Of a DNA stretch of 64,000 nucleotides, positions 1 through 13,645 are shown piece by piece; the stretch's first letter is position 1, and every line of letters begins with the position of its first letter. Source of the DNA: Botryllus schlosseri. Taxonomy: Eukaryota. Position numbers and translations under genes: made by a program. The stretch lies in NCBI GenBank assembly GCA_051294905.1, contig CM119372.1, positions 31,436,001 to 31,500,000 on the forward strand, given 5' to 3'. The notes beneath the pieces were generated by a model. That model had not been told where the DNA came from. It saw nothing but the letters and a program-made list of their open reading frames with translations, and searched no databases.

Positions 1-1492
1 GTTACGTAATATGCGTTGATATGCGCGTAATACGCGTTGAGAAAGCTCGCGTATTCAATTGTTCGCGAGAGATCAGGGACTCGCTAATTAACAGCACTTC
101 CGGACACGTTGGCAAGCTTATCATACGCGTAAGTTCGTCAACGCGAGGCGATTGTATAATCGTCATTTACGCATTACTTTACCCTAATGAATTGATGCTA
201 TAAAAATCGAAACCCCGCCCTCTTCATTTCAAACCCCTCCCATATTTTTCGGCTGGCTACGCGCCTGATTTGACGTGCCACAATTATAGGTAGAATTTAA
301 GAATTTTACAAAGATTGATCTGATATCAGAGCATTGGAGCAGTACAGCCTAATCCGGGTTTCGGGCACAGGCCTACTCCTGATAACTAGGCTATATTGAT
401 CATGTCATTGCCTCAGTCAAATATATTCAGCGTCAGATTTACCTTCGAAATAGAACAGATCAATAACTACTTGAACATAATGAATACTGTGCCGTAGCAG
501 TAGAAATGTGCAATCGCCGAAGAATTCATTGGTTTTACAGCTGTGAAGCATAGGCTACGACTACTTAATACTCGCCACATTTAATTGGCGATAATAACAT
601 ATAAAAAGATACCCAAGATGACACAGAATGTAACCAACTATAGGCCTACATCAAAGGGGCAACATAATGCCAATGACGGTTGCCATACCGACCTGCTGAG
701 ATATCTAAATAAGTTACGCAACGCAAGCTGCGAACTTTTTATATTTTACTGTTTCTCACACCAGTTTGATAGTTTGTTGCGTCCGTGGCTGTACCAAGTC
801 ACGGCATTCTGAGTCACAAAAGTCCTTCTCTGATTGTAACGTTTGACGTGACGAGTACGAGTATGAGTATGAGTAATTTTACAGAAGGTCGCGCCCAAGT
901 CCAAATCACAATTTTCAGTCACGAATCATTAACGGGTCATGTTTTACCGTCATGAACAAGTAATGTCACGTAATTGTTGATCTTCCACTTCGTGGTAACT
1001 TTTGAAAGTGATGTAATAGTGAAGTTTGATGAGTAGTTTCAGGCTTCTGGAGTAGTTTTAGAGCGAATTTCAAGTTCTCAAATTAAAAAAAGAAATTGGT
1101 CATTAAATATTGTCGAATACTTCGAAATCCAAAATGCCGTCGCGGGCCGCACAAAATGGTCTCGCGGGCCGCGTGTTTGAGACCTCTGGTCTAGATACAA
1201 AGTGAATTCATGATTTCGATCTCAAGATTAAATCCGAAATTAGGACTCGAAATTATCAAATCTGCTCATATCAGCTGCGTGCACAGCTTGGTTGGGCATT
1301 ATCAACCTCTCGCACTGGAGATAAATTTCTGTATTGAAATATTAATTACATTCAAACCCACAACTGGCACAACACATGGGTTTTCAGCTGAAAGAGTTCC
1401 CTACTCAATGGACTGCCAAGCTTCATGCCAAGTGGATTTTGCCGCTCATGTTATCTGACAGTGAAGGACCGAATATTCAAATTAAAACTGAC

Positions 1493-1703
1493 CTCTTGTT
1501 TTTCGTGTTGTTTCAATTCATTGTACTTGACTTCCTCCACTTCACCAGATTCGAGAAAACGAACGGCTTGAATGGATTTGATCGGAATTGCTTCTTCTGG
1601 TTTTTGACGGGTTGTGGCTTCTTTATCAGCTACATGTCTTCCTTTTGTCGATAGCAGTTCACCATGGTGCCCAGAATCAGTCAAAGCCTTGAGTCGGTGT
1701 GTT
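1493..1703 (-). CDS. KIAA2012: KIAA2012-family exon 8 (THRLKALTDSGHHGELL...KQHEKQE); gene probably continues beyond the window start
   Basis: Acceptor atcacag, donor GAG|GTCAGT, 211 nt. Phase 2 start fits exon 7 and the frame is open. Confidence 0.75.
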
Positions 1704-1922
1704 CTGTGATATTGATACAATTACGTGGGAAAGAATCGGCTATGAAGCTAAACTAATGATTCTGCGTTGAATCGACACATGATAAAGTAAGTAGAAATCA
1801 TAAAATTGAATTACGAATACTGTTTTATCCGAGTTTGATACAGAAATGCATAGGAAACTATACTTGAACTGAATTTTTCGGACTAGAAATTTGTTATGCT
1901 ACAACCTAATATGAGTCTAGCA

Positions 1923-2544
1923 CAGGTGTTCTCAGCCCTTTCTTGGCCGTGGCCCATTTTCCGGCTTGAAAAAATGCTGTGGCCCACCTCTTATCTTGGA
2001 GTAATAATCTTGTTCAATGCATGGTTATCGACAGCGCCGATATGCCTATTTCTCTAAAAGTATGAATAGTTCTTTGAACCGATAGCAGACGATATAGATA
2101 ATATTAGGATCTTGGTTGCTTTCACACCCTATTTGGCGTCCACTTGCAACGTACGTATTCCGAATTCATTACCCAACCCTTTCAACGGCATACAATATAT
2201 GATACTTGGTTACTTCAGCATTACCTTCCAGCTATTATATACTCGAAATTATTTAAGTTGCTGTTAGCCGTAGGTTGTCATAGCCAGTGGGAAAAGTCGC
2301 CTTTTCTCCCTCCCGTTTTCGACTTGAACATGCTGACTCCATACGTGCCACTACGCCTCATCAGAGTCGGATGAAAAGCTTTACGTAGCCTATTAATATG
2401 TTTTTAGCGATTAACATAGCAAATATAACTAAACTTAATTAATTAAAAACATTAATTCTAAAATTTTCTAAATAGCTTTGTGGCTCACCTCAAATACTCC
2501 TGTGGCCCACCAGTGGGCCATGGCCCACCCTTTGAGAACCCCTG
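1923..2544. mobile_element. hAT (Buster-type) MITE
   Basis: TIRs CAGGTGTTCTCA / TGAGAACCCCTG, perfect 8-bp TSD GTCTAGCA, GGCCCAC subterminal motifs. Confidence 0.9.
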
Positions 2545-2788
2545 GTCTAGCACAATCATCGCTACAATCCTAGCATTTGCATACTACTACATTTCAGTCC
2601 ATTGTAATTTTTGTCATGTCGGCACTAAATTTTACAGTGAACAAAAACATCACAGTACGGTATGTAAGTTTGACTCGACAAGCCCATCTGTAAAAAAGGC
2701 TTCTACATAGTAACATAACGAGGGATAGGAATAGGAGGTATTTTTGTCCTTGATGTTTTGAGACGGATAAAGTATTATATAGCTAAAG

Positions 2789-4001
2789 CAGGGGTCGGCA
2801 ACCTTTTGCTAGTCACGGGCCGGATTCCGAGTGCACAAATTTTTGGTGGGCCGGAATTTTTCTTAATACTATATTTAACGCTAACGTCGATATAGTACCC
2901 TACATTGACGCAATTTCAATAATACAAATCACAGAAAGGGCAAAACACGTGTATTTACACTTCAACAACGCAGGATAAATGTGACACTTGCATGGCTCAG
3001 CTCGTTTTGTGAAAGGTTTCCAACTTCTGGTAACAAGTCAGATGAAGCAAGAATCAGACGATATTCTAAATGTGCGTTGGAATACGTGATCTTAGCTTGC
3101 TCTTCGTGAATTTAACTCTTGAAAACTATTGTTCACATGCGTATGCGCTACCAAATGTCGATGTCATTTCTTTTGCATTGTCGGTCAAGTTGGGATAAAG
3201 ACCCATTTCAATAACGGACTCTTTGTATAAGTCGTGCAGAGATATGCTCTTTGTATGAAATTTGCCATTCAATTCAACTGCATCGCATTTCAAAAGGACC
3301 CATTTGAAATTTTCAGGCAATGCTATTGGCGTTCACATTAAACGGAGTACTGAGCAATAGTCATAATTTATTTTGTACGGAACGAATGTCGTAAAAGCGG
3401 GTGGCAATTCAGTGATTAAATTTCCTATCACAGTTACAAATGTATAGTGCTGGTACTGGGTTTACTCTCCTCCAGTGAAAGTGAGCATAATTTTCTTTTT
3501 ACTGTTGTAATTCCCAGAGTCGCAGTTTTGTTTCGAATGCGCCTCAACGTCTCATGTATTCAGTTATTTCCCCGTAAAGCTGCAAATTAATTCAATTTGT
3601 TCAGATGTGATGTAATGTACTACGAAAGCAAGATTAGATACCCACTTCGATGACAAGATTATGAGTCGGCGATGTTTTTATTTTCAAGGAAAGTTGCTGA
3701 TTCGCTTCTCAGTTCATACACTCGTGCAAGCATAGCTGCTTCTATATCCCCTACTTTTAGTACGAGATAGGCTACTAGTCAGCCGCCTTCGCGCCAGTTT
3801 TATGGCGTAACAATGGACTAATACGACGAAGGATACATATATCGCACCAATGCCGCATTCTTTCCAAGCAGTGCTGCACTGCAGATTGGAACTCATTACG
3901 GCGGGCCGTATTCTTGTGGTAACTAATTACTTGGTCGCGGGCCGGGTGATTTCGCTTGGCGGGCCGGATCCGGCCCGCGGGCCGTAGGTTGCCGTCCCTT
4001 G
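2789..4001 (-). mobile_element. Internally deleted hAT element (SPIN/Buster/GTF2IRD2-like) with a transposase C-terminal remnant
   Basis: TIRs CAGGGGTCGGCAACC / GGTTGCCGTCCCTTG, TSD AGCTAAAG. Minus-strand YPNL...MTSTFGSAYACEQ*FS resembles the hAT dimerisation domain. Confidence 0.88.
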
Positions 4002-4187
4002 AGCTAAAGTATTGTAGGCCTACTACATGATCGTCACGTCAAAACTGTCACACAGAAATAAGTGCAATGAGCAGGCTACAACCTCTAGCACAAGTTTCCA
4101 TAGATCCGTATTTGTAATTAAAATATGAAATTTCTAGTTTCATCAGAACGACCGCTGAAATTTGTCATACCATAACGGTCGTGTTAC

Positions 4188-4368
4188 CTCTGGTAATCTG
4201 AGCTAGTACCATCCCACGCATGTAACATATTTCTTGTGACTCTGTATGGAGGTGGGTTCCTTGACAGATTGTACCCATCGTGATGATAAAACTGCGACAA
4301 AACCGGATCCTTGCGATTCAACGATGTACTTTGCACCAAACCGCCGCGTTGAAGTTTTTTCAGCATTT
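4188..4368 (-). CDS. KIAA2012: KIAA2012-family exon 7 (EMLKKLQRGGLV...YNLSRNPPPYRV...SSDYQR)
   Basis: Acceptor tttcatttccag, donor GTAACA, 181 nt, phase 1/2. NLSRNPPPYR resembles the recalled DLSGVPPKYH. Confidence 0.88.
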
Positions 4369-4819
4369 CTGGAAATGAAATATCATGGCAAATGAGAACT
4401 TGGATGGAGGTCAATAGTACTCAAGTAATGAACTGATGAGGAAGTTCAGTAAGATACATGCCTAATTGTTAACAATCTGTGGCACAATTTCTTAATTTTA
4501 AGATGTTAGTCAAAAGATATTGCTGAGTGCCTATGCAACATGTTATCAAGCAAATGTTATAATTTTCGTCACTTATGTAGCGGGTGAAAAATGTTACCTA
4601 ATAGATGCTCCGAGGCTGAATCGGCTGAACACTTATCGGCCTGAGATGAGCGTGATCGGCTACAGAGTTGAGCTTGGCTTATGATAGAATGTTTTATTGC
4701 CAATAGCCCATGAGCTATTTTCAACGTAGTAAGGGTTGAGCGATTTCTCACCATAGCCAAGGGGATCGCGTATCAAAAGTTTAAGATCCACGTAACAAGC
4801 TATGGCAAGAATGATTTAC

Positions 4820-4939
4820 CTTGATGCCATAACTTTGACCATGCTGTCATGTACCGGTTTGGACTGAAGCCTGGTCTGATGAAGCGTTCATCATGAGGTG
4901 CCCGTGCATTGTGAACAAATCGAAGATATAGGTCGTCAC
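4820..4939 (-). CDS. KIAA2012: KIAA2012-family exon 6 (DDLYLRFVHNARAPHDERFIRPGFSPNRYMTAWSKLWHQ)
   Basis: Acceptor ttattctcag, donor GTAAAT, 120 nt, phase 1/1. IRPGFSPNRY resembles the recalled IQPGHSAKRY. Confidence 0.9.
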
Positions 4940-5214
4940 CTGAGAATAAAGCAAGCTACTGACTAAGTTAACAGCAATACCTTTTAACCCAACTTGAACC
5001 AATCCTTACGTGTGCTAGGACAATTCTTGTGATTTGTTTGATGGCATGAAGTTTTCATTGTGTCAGAAATTCCACTATATCAATTTTGAAGCATTTGAGT
5101 GTAAATGACACATTCCAAGTACATTTCTTATTTAGCTGACTATGAAGTTGCAGTATTGGTATTGGATTAGTTGATTAGTTATAACCAGCAACAAAATCAT
5201 AATCTATATTGCAC

Positions 5215-5341
5215 CTTTCTTTCGGTACTGTGGCTCATTGCCATACATCAATATAGCAACTCTCAAATCATGAACTGTACGCAATGGATCTTCATCCACA
5301 TGTTCTTCTTGGAAATTGTACCCTCTAAGCTTCAAATCTCT
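5215..5341 (-). CDS. KIAA2012: KIAA2012-family exon 5 (RDLKLRGYNFQEEHVDEDPLRTVHDLRVAILMYGNEPQYRKK-G)
   Basis: Acceptor ttttaacag, donor AG|GTGCAA chosen because it gives the phase needed by the next exon (127 nt, phase 0/1). LRTVHDLRVAILMYG resembles the recalled LHTLQDLKEAILAYG. Confidence 0.8.
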
Positions 5342-5521
5342 CTGTTAAAATTGAACAGAAGTATTAATTGAATGCTGTAGTGTAGTACAACAATATTGCC
5401 ATATAGGTAGCAAGTACCTGTCAACGCAATTCCCCAAGGTTACTTAGAAAGAGTACACTACCCCGACCACTAAGAAAACATTTTATTGAAGTTATCGAAA
5501 ATAAAACATCAGGTATCATTA

Positions 5522-5830
5522 CCATAAGGTGGAGCGACTCTGGATATTGGGGCAACTTTGGACACTTTGTGACTAAAACATTCAAATTATTTTAGAAGGA
5601 AAGGAGCTGCTGCCGGGGGTTCAATTCTTTTCCAGAAAGCAGAAGTACCTTGTGACTAGTGAGTAGATGCAAGAAAAGGTGAACTAGTATCACTAACTAA
5701 TAGACGTTATCTATTGTGGACAAACTAATGGGGGGGGGGGTGATTTCATTGAAATCGATAGTCACCAGAACTTCAACAACTTGAGCCTTTATGGCATTTG
5801 AGCCATAAGTTTGAAAGTTTTCAACAGCAG
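5522..5830. mobile_element. Decayed left-end fragment of the pogo-like family seen at 17255
   Basis: TA|CCATAA...GGGGCAACTTTGGACAC and downstream similarity to 17255-17500. Right boundary approximate. Confidence 0.5.
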
Positions 5831-6195
5831 TGTGAATCAATGATCATCCTACTACAGCACTGGCAAACGTACAATTGCACTGTTTGCATAACTGATCACA
5901 AAACATGAATTTGAAATGGCTCAGTCAAACATAAATACCATGCACATTGCTTTACTTAGTTGGTAAAATAAGGTATTGAAGAAGGATAAATACAGCTCAA
6001 GATCTAGCTAGGTGTGACATGTTTAAATACCCAGACAAAATATGTTTGACGAAATATCTTGTAAACATACACAGCTTTCGGGATTCAATGATATTGTGTT
6101 TACTTGTGGTCTTAACTTGTCTCAGGGTTATTATGAGTTTGCCCCATACCAAGTTTACATAAGCATCCTTTGCGGAGTAAACGATAATATTTTAC

Positions 6196-6293
6196 CTTAT
6201 CTGATACTTTTACTGGATGCTTGGTGTATAACTCTTTAGCTTCTTCTTTGAGTGCTTTGTTAGCTAGTTCTTCCGAAAATATTAAAAGGGCAC
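6196..6293 (-). CDS. KIAA2012: KIAA2012-family exon 4 (ALLIFSEELANKALKEEAKELYTKHPVKVSDK)
   Basis: Acceptor tcatctcag, donor GTAAAA, 98 nt, phase 1/0, open frame. Confidence 0.9.
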
Positions 6294-6607
6294 CTGAGAT
6301 GAAAATATATATATATATATATATATTAATCAGGATTATATACAGTTGATCTACTCGGTTCAATTCTGAACTGAAAATATCCCTTGGAGGTTAAAAGTAA
6401 GCTTGAGAAAATGGCTCTAATTATGTATGTGACTGTCAAAACAGTCAGCAAACAATAGCATTCATTCACAGCGATAACTATTGGGTTATCTAACATTTTT
6501 GTCAGTACATTTCTGCAGGGTTTGGTGATGCACCCTTCACCACCAGTCTTGGCACTCTGAGAAACAGACACACGACAACACTTGATGCAGTTGATAGTCA
6601 GTGTTAC

Positions 6608-6704
6608 CTTTTCTGGTCACAAATGTCTTATGTACATTGGCAGGTCGCAAATCATCTTCTCGCAAATGAAATTGATTGTTTTTGCGTTGCTGAATAGTTG
6701 CAAG
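6608..6704 (-). CDS. KIAA2012: KIAA2012-family exon 3 (LATIQQRKNNQFHLREDDLRPANVHKTFVTRK-G)
   Basis: Acceptor cttacag, donor GTAACA, 97 nt, phase 0/1. KTFVTRKGALLIFSE across the junction matches the recalled KTFSTRKGALILYSE. Confidence 0.9.
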
Positions 6705-6773
6705 CTGTAAGGTTAAAGGTAATTGGATAAGAATATACGATTATGTAATTGACAGTGTTGGCAAAATACTCAC

Positions 6774-6857
6774 ACGACCAAACGATCCAGACTTCAAATT
6801 GTAGTAATCTTTGGGTTCCAAATACACTTCAAGCTTTTCATGGCCATTGCTGACAGT
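6774..6857 (-). CDS. KIAA2012: KIAA2012-family exon 2 (TVSNGHEKLEVYLEPKDYYNLKSGSFGR)
   Basis: Acceptor tctttag, donor GTGAGT, 84 nt, phase 0/0. KLEVYLEPKDY matches the recalled KLEVYFEPEDY. Confidence 0.9.
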
Positions 6858-7118
6858 CTAAAGACAAAACATGGACTTAAATGTTCATCTGTGAATCTTG
6901 TTCAAAACAGTTCTGCATTCCGACTGAAAGATTCTAGAAGAAGTTTAATGATGGCAGCTTTGTATTCTATGGTAGGCAATATGTAGAAACCTGAAATAAT
7001 AAGACTAAGATGACATTTATCTTAGATGCTCTCAATGGATTGGTTTTGTCAACACAATGGGTGCAGGTATGATTGTATTGTGGTAGCTTACTATACCTAA
7101 ACTCATAGCTCTAACACA

Positions 7119-8359
7119 CAGGCGCCGAACTCAGGTATGCTAGATATGCAACGCATACCTAGGAATTTTTTGGGGTATGCGGCATACTCAGAATTCTGTT
7201 TAGGCAATTACCGACATCAACATGAATTGTGCGATTCAGAAAAAAGTGCAATGCATTTCTGTTACGTTCTGTCGGTTACATGAGCAAATTAACCAATTAA
7301 TCGAAGGTCAGTAATTAGAAGAGACGCAGGAAGATCCTTCGACAATAAAGCGGCGATTCCTACAAAGGCCAATACACACTCTTGTCTTGGTTTAGGAAAC
7401 AAATACACACATGCTCTCGAAATGAAATTGTATTTGAGACTGGAAAGAAATTATGATGTAATAGGATAAAAGACTACAGCAAAGAAAATAGAAATGTGAG
7501 TTCTTAATACCGTATATAAAAGTTATTGATTTGCGCGAGTCAAAGTCTGTGTCGTTATGGAATCTATTTATAATGGCACCGATTTCAGCTGGTTCAAACC
7601 TTTCTCATCTTTTATAAATCAAGCCTTGAAACACATCTTCTGATGGTTATGTTTAAGTATTATCAGAAATCAATTACACACGTACGCACGCACATGTTTG
7701 TGGACATTCAGCTTCGTGATGTCACTCTTTAATCGGAATCGCTAATCGGCATACACTCAACGGCATTGTCTCCAAGCCATCGAGAGATAGGAGCCAAGCC
7801 ATGCTAGGCCGGTGGCACGATGGTTAGGCCAGCGATAATTTCTTTTGTACCCGGCCTATTGTCGATGTGATTGTGTAGGCCAGCGATGATATCGTGTGCA
7901 CCAGACCAATGCGGATGAGATTGTTCCGGCCCAGCAATAGTATTTGGCGCACCAGACCTATTGCAGATGCAATTCTTCAAACCATTTGAACTGGGCTTGT
8001 TGGAGACGCGATAAATAAGGACAGCGACGATTACCGAGCGCACAGCAATCAATGACCTAATTTCGTGATCACATCAGCGGCAGATGGCGTCTCGTTACAT
8101 TGTGCATAGACGACTCTTGCTAATTGGCAACACGCTTCTCGCTAGTCGGCCGCGCGCAACATTGCTAATAAGGCTTATTGAATTATAACTGAATATTAGC
8201 AATAGAATGGCCACTTAAAATGGACGGGGTTTCCTGTTTCAAAAGGGGGTTATTTAGCATTAACACAGCCTCATTAATCAATTCTGCGACATTTTGACGT
8301 CACTTCTTTGTGACGTCATCGAGCCAGCATACCTATGGAAAATCAGAGTTCAGCGCCTA
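7119..8359. mobile_element. Non-autonomous TIR element (hAT-like) containing three ~51-bp internal repeats at 7827-7975
   Basis: TIRs CAGGCGCCGAACTC / GAGTTCAGCGCCTA and GCATACC subterminal motifs at both ends. No clean TSD. Confidence 0.6.
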
Positions 8360-10254
8360 TGCTCTAGAAAACAGGGTAAGATGTAACCTATCTAGTTGGA
8401 AAAATTGCAACGAAAAAGTTTTGACTTCCATGGTGAAAATGTGGACAGTAGTCCCACATGTTAACATCACTTACCAGTATACCTCATAATTATTGAAAAG
8501 ACCTGAAAACTTACTAGGCCTATGGTAGTAGGGCCCATATACAGATTAGAGGAGGGGGATTACTACATCAATGTAATCAATTACGATAACTATGAACAAC
8601 TACCCAGAGATTGCTTATGTTTCATTGTGAAGGCATAGTACTAAAACGGAGCCAGATTTGACAGTTCATGATGAGGCCCTATTATGCCACTTTCAACAAA
8701 ATTCAAGGTTCAGCATCAGTAGACTAAATATAAAATAGCCTATGTGAATGTACAATACCATGTAACAGAGTCATTGAATAATACACCAATCCTTAAAGGC
8801 ATAAACGAACCAAATATGCTGGATTCACGCAAAACCGGTGGGTTAACTTCTCGAAGCAATTGATAGAATGTATGCATTCGTATTTTAATTACTCGCAAGA
8901 AAAGTTACTAATATTTAATTCTGCAACAAGATTTTATTTTGAAGTTAGGTGTAAAAGGGTTTTGGAATAGTAGCTTTCCTTCCGATATGAGATTAACACA
9001 TTATTAATGCTACATTATCAATTTAAGTTCGCTAATTTGCAGCAATGTTACTCGTAAATTAGAAGAAATACGATTCTTGATATGGATACGTTATACTTCA
9101 CTACTTATTCAGTCTTTGAAATAATGAAATCTCAAAAAGCTGATCCAATGCTATTTATCTCTTTGATAGGGTGTTGCAAGGTCAAAAAGGTTCAGAACCA
9201 CTGATTTAGCTGGTCAATCAATAAGCTAGAAAATGGTAGGGAATGGACATTTTTAATTTACAGAAACCACACTGGAAGAGATGCAATTAAGTCACCAAAG
9301 TGTTCTAATCTTTACAAATTACCACAACTTTCGAGAGATGCCACAACACACCCATTCATCAATGATAAACACCAGGCTATATTTAGGAATCACAAGGACA
9401 CAAACCCGCGCCAAGTAACCTTATATGAGAAATATTATCCTGAGCTTATGACATGTTGATCGTCAAACACGCTTTCATCATTCATGTATTAAACAAAAGG
9501 ACAAGATAGGTAATGTTACAACATTCTAATGGAATTTCCAAATGAATATGGAGGGCTTCTAGTATAGCCATAACATTATTAAAGCGTAAAATTATCCACT
9601 TGAACATTAATGTATGATTATTGTTAAACAACCCGGTGCATAGTGAATAGGCCCAGGCTATCTCATCTTGATAGAAGCTTAAATTTGTCATTTTCACACC
9701 ACATCATCATGTTGATTGTAAATGAATTAAATATTAGGCTACTATTCGCACGTTCAAGCATAATGCAATCATCAAAAATCAATCAATGCAAATAATATTC
9801 TGTGAAGAACATGGCCTGACTTCTAGCTTATTATTATGCAGGTCAACTTAATCAACTACCGGTACTCTTTGTTATTAAAAGTCATTTCTTGCATATGACG
9901 TGAAAATGGTTCCAATTGTCGAAGTGGAATGAGAGTAGCTTATAAATGTCACATTTTTTCCAATTTCACTTTTTAGCTGAGCTATAGGTTTCAAGTTTAT
10001 CTAGTGGTGAGGAGCTGGGGTTCATAAATGCATTGGTTTCATAGTCAGGTTCCACTCTTTTAATTTGTATTTAATTTCCGTAGATTGACAGCAGCCTAAT
10101 AAATCTTTAAATCCAAGATATGACTCTATTCATGCTCGCAAATTGGTGTCCAGATTTTCGACATGAGCTATTTTATTTCAGAGCTATTTGCTTGCAAACA
10201 TGTCAAAGGTTGTTGTCGGTACAGTTTTCATTATGTTATTGAATGAGTCAAGAG

Positions 10255-11522
10255 CAGAGGTGGTCAGTAACGAAGTGCTTCTACTTTTTCGAAGTACTCA
10301 AGTAGTTTTCCTCTACTTCTGGTACTTACTCAAGTAGATCTTTTTTCACTAGTTGTACTTCATAATATTCTGTGAACTACTTACTTACTTTTCGCTATTT
10401 TCAGTTTGTTAAGTAGAAGTAGTTTAATCCCCCAATAAGAAAGATAGCCTAAGGAATTTCGGGGCTGTTTTCACGTAGTACCAACATTTAATGTTCATAA
10501 AAGTCATGTGATACCCAAAATTTTTGTTGCGCTTTGCGCACAGTAGTTATGGAGTGACAAACATGTTTTAACGAAAGTATCGCTGAAAATAATTTAGATA
10601 CCGGGTTGCGTGGTTCCGTTCACACCGCATTGTTGCCTATATCAAATATTTCATCACAGTAAGTATGGCCCCTATAACGTTTGAAACTACCGTTTCGCAA
10701 TCCAGCAATTACCAATTATACCTAGCAGCCCATGACGTGTCCTAATCTGGAAAAGTGGACTTTTACTTTTTTAAACGTTAGACCTGATTTAGCAGACCAC
10801 CGTTGAAACTTTCTGGACAAAAGACATGAAATATATTTTCCGCTTTTTAGAAGTAGTATTTGTATTTTTCTACGATTATTATTCGTTGAGTTTTAATTAC
10901 AGTTTCAGTTTTTTTGTCTGGAGAACATACTTGTTGAAGTATAAAAGCAAGTGTAGTAATCCCTTATATTTTCCGAAAATAAAGCTATTACACTATATGG
11001 CATTTTTACGATCTGCCACATTAACGGATAGCCTACTAATCCCTCAAAGTGTTAAAGCCGTATCCGACACAACTTCTCCGTATTGGTCTTCGACTGAACT
11101 AGGGGCCTTATAATATGGGAGGGCGCCATGCCATGATATTCTCTAAAACGGGGTGTTAGAGTAAACAAATGATTAGTATAGCATTTCCATATCAATACTA
11201 TCATGTACATCCCATGATGTGGACGAATGCTTATTTTGTCAAAAATTGACACCTCCTGGAATGCATCAATATGAATCAAGCTCACTATACCTTCCGCATA
11301 GCTCCATTTGCGGCTTTTGACAGTCCATGCGAACGAATTACGATCGTTTTCACAACGTCTTACTTACTTGAGTAGGTTTAAAGTCAGTCAATTCTACTTC
11401 TACTTCAAGTAGTTTTAGGTTGCTTAGGTAAGAAGTACTTCTACTCGTACTTGAGTAGATTTTTTTCGTCGCTACTTCTACTTCGACTTGAGCAGCTTTC
11501 TTGACTACTTTGAACACTTCTG
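10255..11522. mobile_element. hAT MITE with TACT/AGTA subterminal repeats
   Basis: Ends CAGAGGTGGTCA / TGAACACTTCTG, perfect 8-bp TSD GTCAAGAG. Confidence 0.85.
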
Positions 11523-11839
11523 GTCAAGAGTTATTGATAAGAGGTCTCATTGCATGGTATTCTCACTAACACAATTTTTAATATTTGACTGCACCACAAC
11601 TAGAGATTTCCAAGGCAGGTCTATACTACTAGGTTGAAGTAAGCCTGGGCCTAGTGAACGAACAGCTAGAGAAGCAGCCTCCTGACTTGACTACGCAGTG
11701 TGCAAATACCTACCATAAACCATGACCAAAACAATAAAAGTAAAGATGGGTGTTGGCAACTGCAAAGTTGCGTGTGACTGTTAGAGTGCTAGGGCCAGGG
11801 CCCCAAAGGGGCCAGAATGTGTGTCCAACAATTCACTGA

Positions 11840-12920
11840 TTCAATGTCCGAAACATAAAAGATATGTGGAAACTAGAAATTGCCAAGTTTATTGATCAGT
11901 TCCACTGCAGTCACTGCCCTGAGAGCTTTAATGACTTTTTTACCTCAGTATCAAAAGTCGAGTCGTCCAACTACCATAAGGTTGACAAAAAATATCATCG
12001 CTCCATCAAATATGCCGGACCTGCAGTGTGGTACAGCATCACGCCAGCTATCCGACAGTCATCGAGCATGTCCGCATTCAAGTCGAAATACAAACAATTT
12101 CTACTGAACCAATACTAGTTAGCCCTCTAGTTTACCGGACCACAAGCTGACACATCGACCTCGCCTTCCGACACATCCCACCTCTTTTTGTCGCCTGTCC
12201 TTTTATATTATCTTCTTTTTTACATCGCCTAGGCCAGGTGGGTGTCTGATTTCGAAGACCAGGCTACTCCAAGTGGTTTCGACCAGGGTTGTAACCAAGT
12301 CACAAGGCTCCGAGTAACAAGTCAATCTCACTTTTATAGTTTTGACTCGAGTCAAGTCGAGTCATTTTCAATTCACCACCGAGTCAAGTCCGAGTCCAAG
12401 TCTGCAAGCATAGGGTCAAGTCCGAGTCATGGTCTTATGACTCGAATCCAAGTCCAAGACAGTCATTGCGTTGACTGCTCAGTTTCCAGTTAAATTCTTG
12501 TCTAACCCACTTTCTATAGCTCTGTTCGGTGACGGTGATATCAAACTGTTCACATTTATAATACGGTTTACTAATTTTTCTCACTTTTACCAGTTTCTGG
12601 TCGCATTGTCATACACCGTTACCAATAGACGAAATACCAAGTGAGGCTACTTTAATATTCTTCAAAATTACAATGAAATGTTGGTCTTGGCCGCCTTAGT
12701 CTCGAGTCATATGACTTGATCCGAGTCATGCACAATGACTCGATTCCAAGTCGAGTCATTTCACAGATTGACTCGAGTCAAGTCGAGTCATTTCCGTATT
12801 TTGAGAAAATGACTCGAGTCATTACAACCCTGGTTTCGACACCATTCTATCTTTCATTGTATCGCAGTCTTGTGGTGTAGCCTAATGAAATGATTAAATT
12901 GTTAGCAATAAATAGAAATG
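11840..12920 (+). mobile_element. 5'-truncated LINE (L2/CR1 group): ORF2 C-terminus and 3' UTR, interrupted by a MITE
   Basis: ORF 11864-12118 ends SIKYAGPAVWYSI...SMSAFKSKYKQFLL, typical of L2/CR1-group ORF2 tails. AATAAA near 12907. The 3' UTR recurs in reverse at 23060-23310. Confidence 0.75.
12284..12832. mobile_element. hAT (Ac-type) MITE, CAGGGTTGTAA family with GACTC/GAGTC repeats
   Basis: TIRs CAGGGTTGTAA / TTACAACCCTG, perfect TSD GTTTCGAC. Related copies at 19136, 36845 and 50445. Confidence 0.92.
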
Positions 12921-13645
12921 AATTGCTAGGGGTGGGCAAAACCGAATCAGAGCAAATTCGAATGATACCGAAAATATTGATCGCATCGAATTGTATCAAA
13001 ATTTTTCAATATTTTCAATGACCGGAATTTACTGCAGGACATAGGCCTAGTCAATTGAAACTGATTTTAAAGCGATTTGCACATTGAGTAGCATAGATGT
13101 ATTGGGTAAAGAAATCCAAAAATATTCATAGATCCTAAATGACCCTATAGCGTCACAGTCACATCATTACCAGAAAAGGAGACAGTAATTTTGAAGGCAC
13201 GGACGTAGCTGGAAAGTAAAGATATTTATTCACCTGATTGGAAAACCAAGGAAACCTTTCTCGATTTCCATTCTACCATTTCTAGGGATTTTTGATCAAC
13301 TTAAAACTGTTTCATTAAAATACACGGTTGTCCCTATACTTCATGATTTGTAATTATAAAAGTCTCTTGTGCTTCAAGTTGATTTGTTTCTGAGTGCGGG
13401 ATTGTCTCGGACAAGTCAGCAAACTGTTTGACAACACTGTGATTATTCTTGTGCATTCGATAAGATATGCCTGATTCGAATTATACGCCATGAAAAATAA
13501 TTTCCTAATCACTACCTAATCAATACAATGCAACTTGAGATTGTAGAGAGTGACTTTAGATTCGCAAATGTTACTTAAGAGGTATGAGGATGGAAAGGCA
13601 TTTTGGTTCGACAGCCTAAAGAATATGTAAATCTTCGCTCTAGGT

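Noticed and set aside
443..540. Ninth exon of the KIAA2012-like gene
   Set aside because: Splice-like ends exist, but the required phase-0 frame hits TAA at the second codon.
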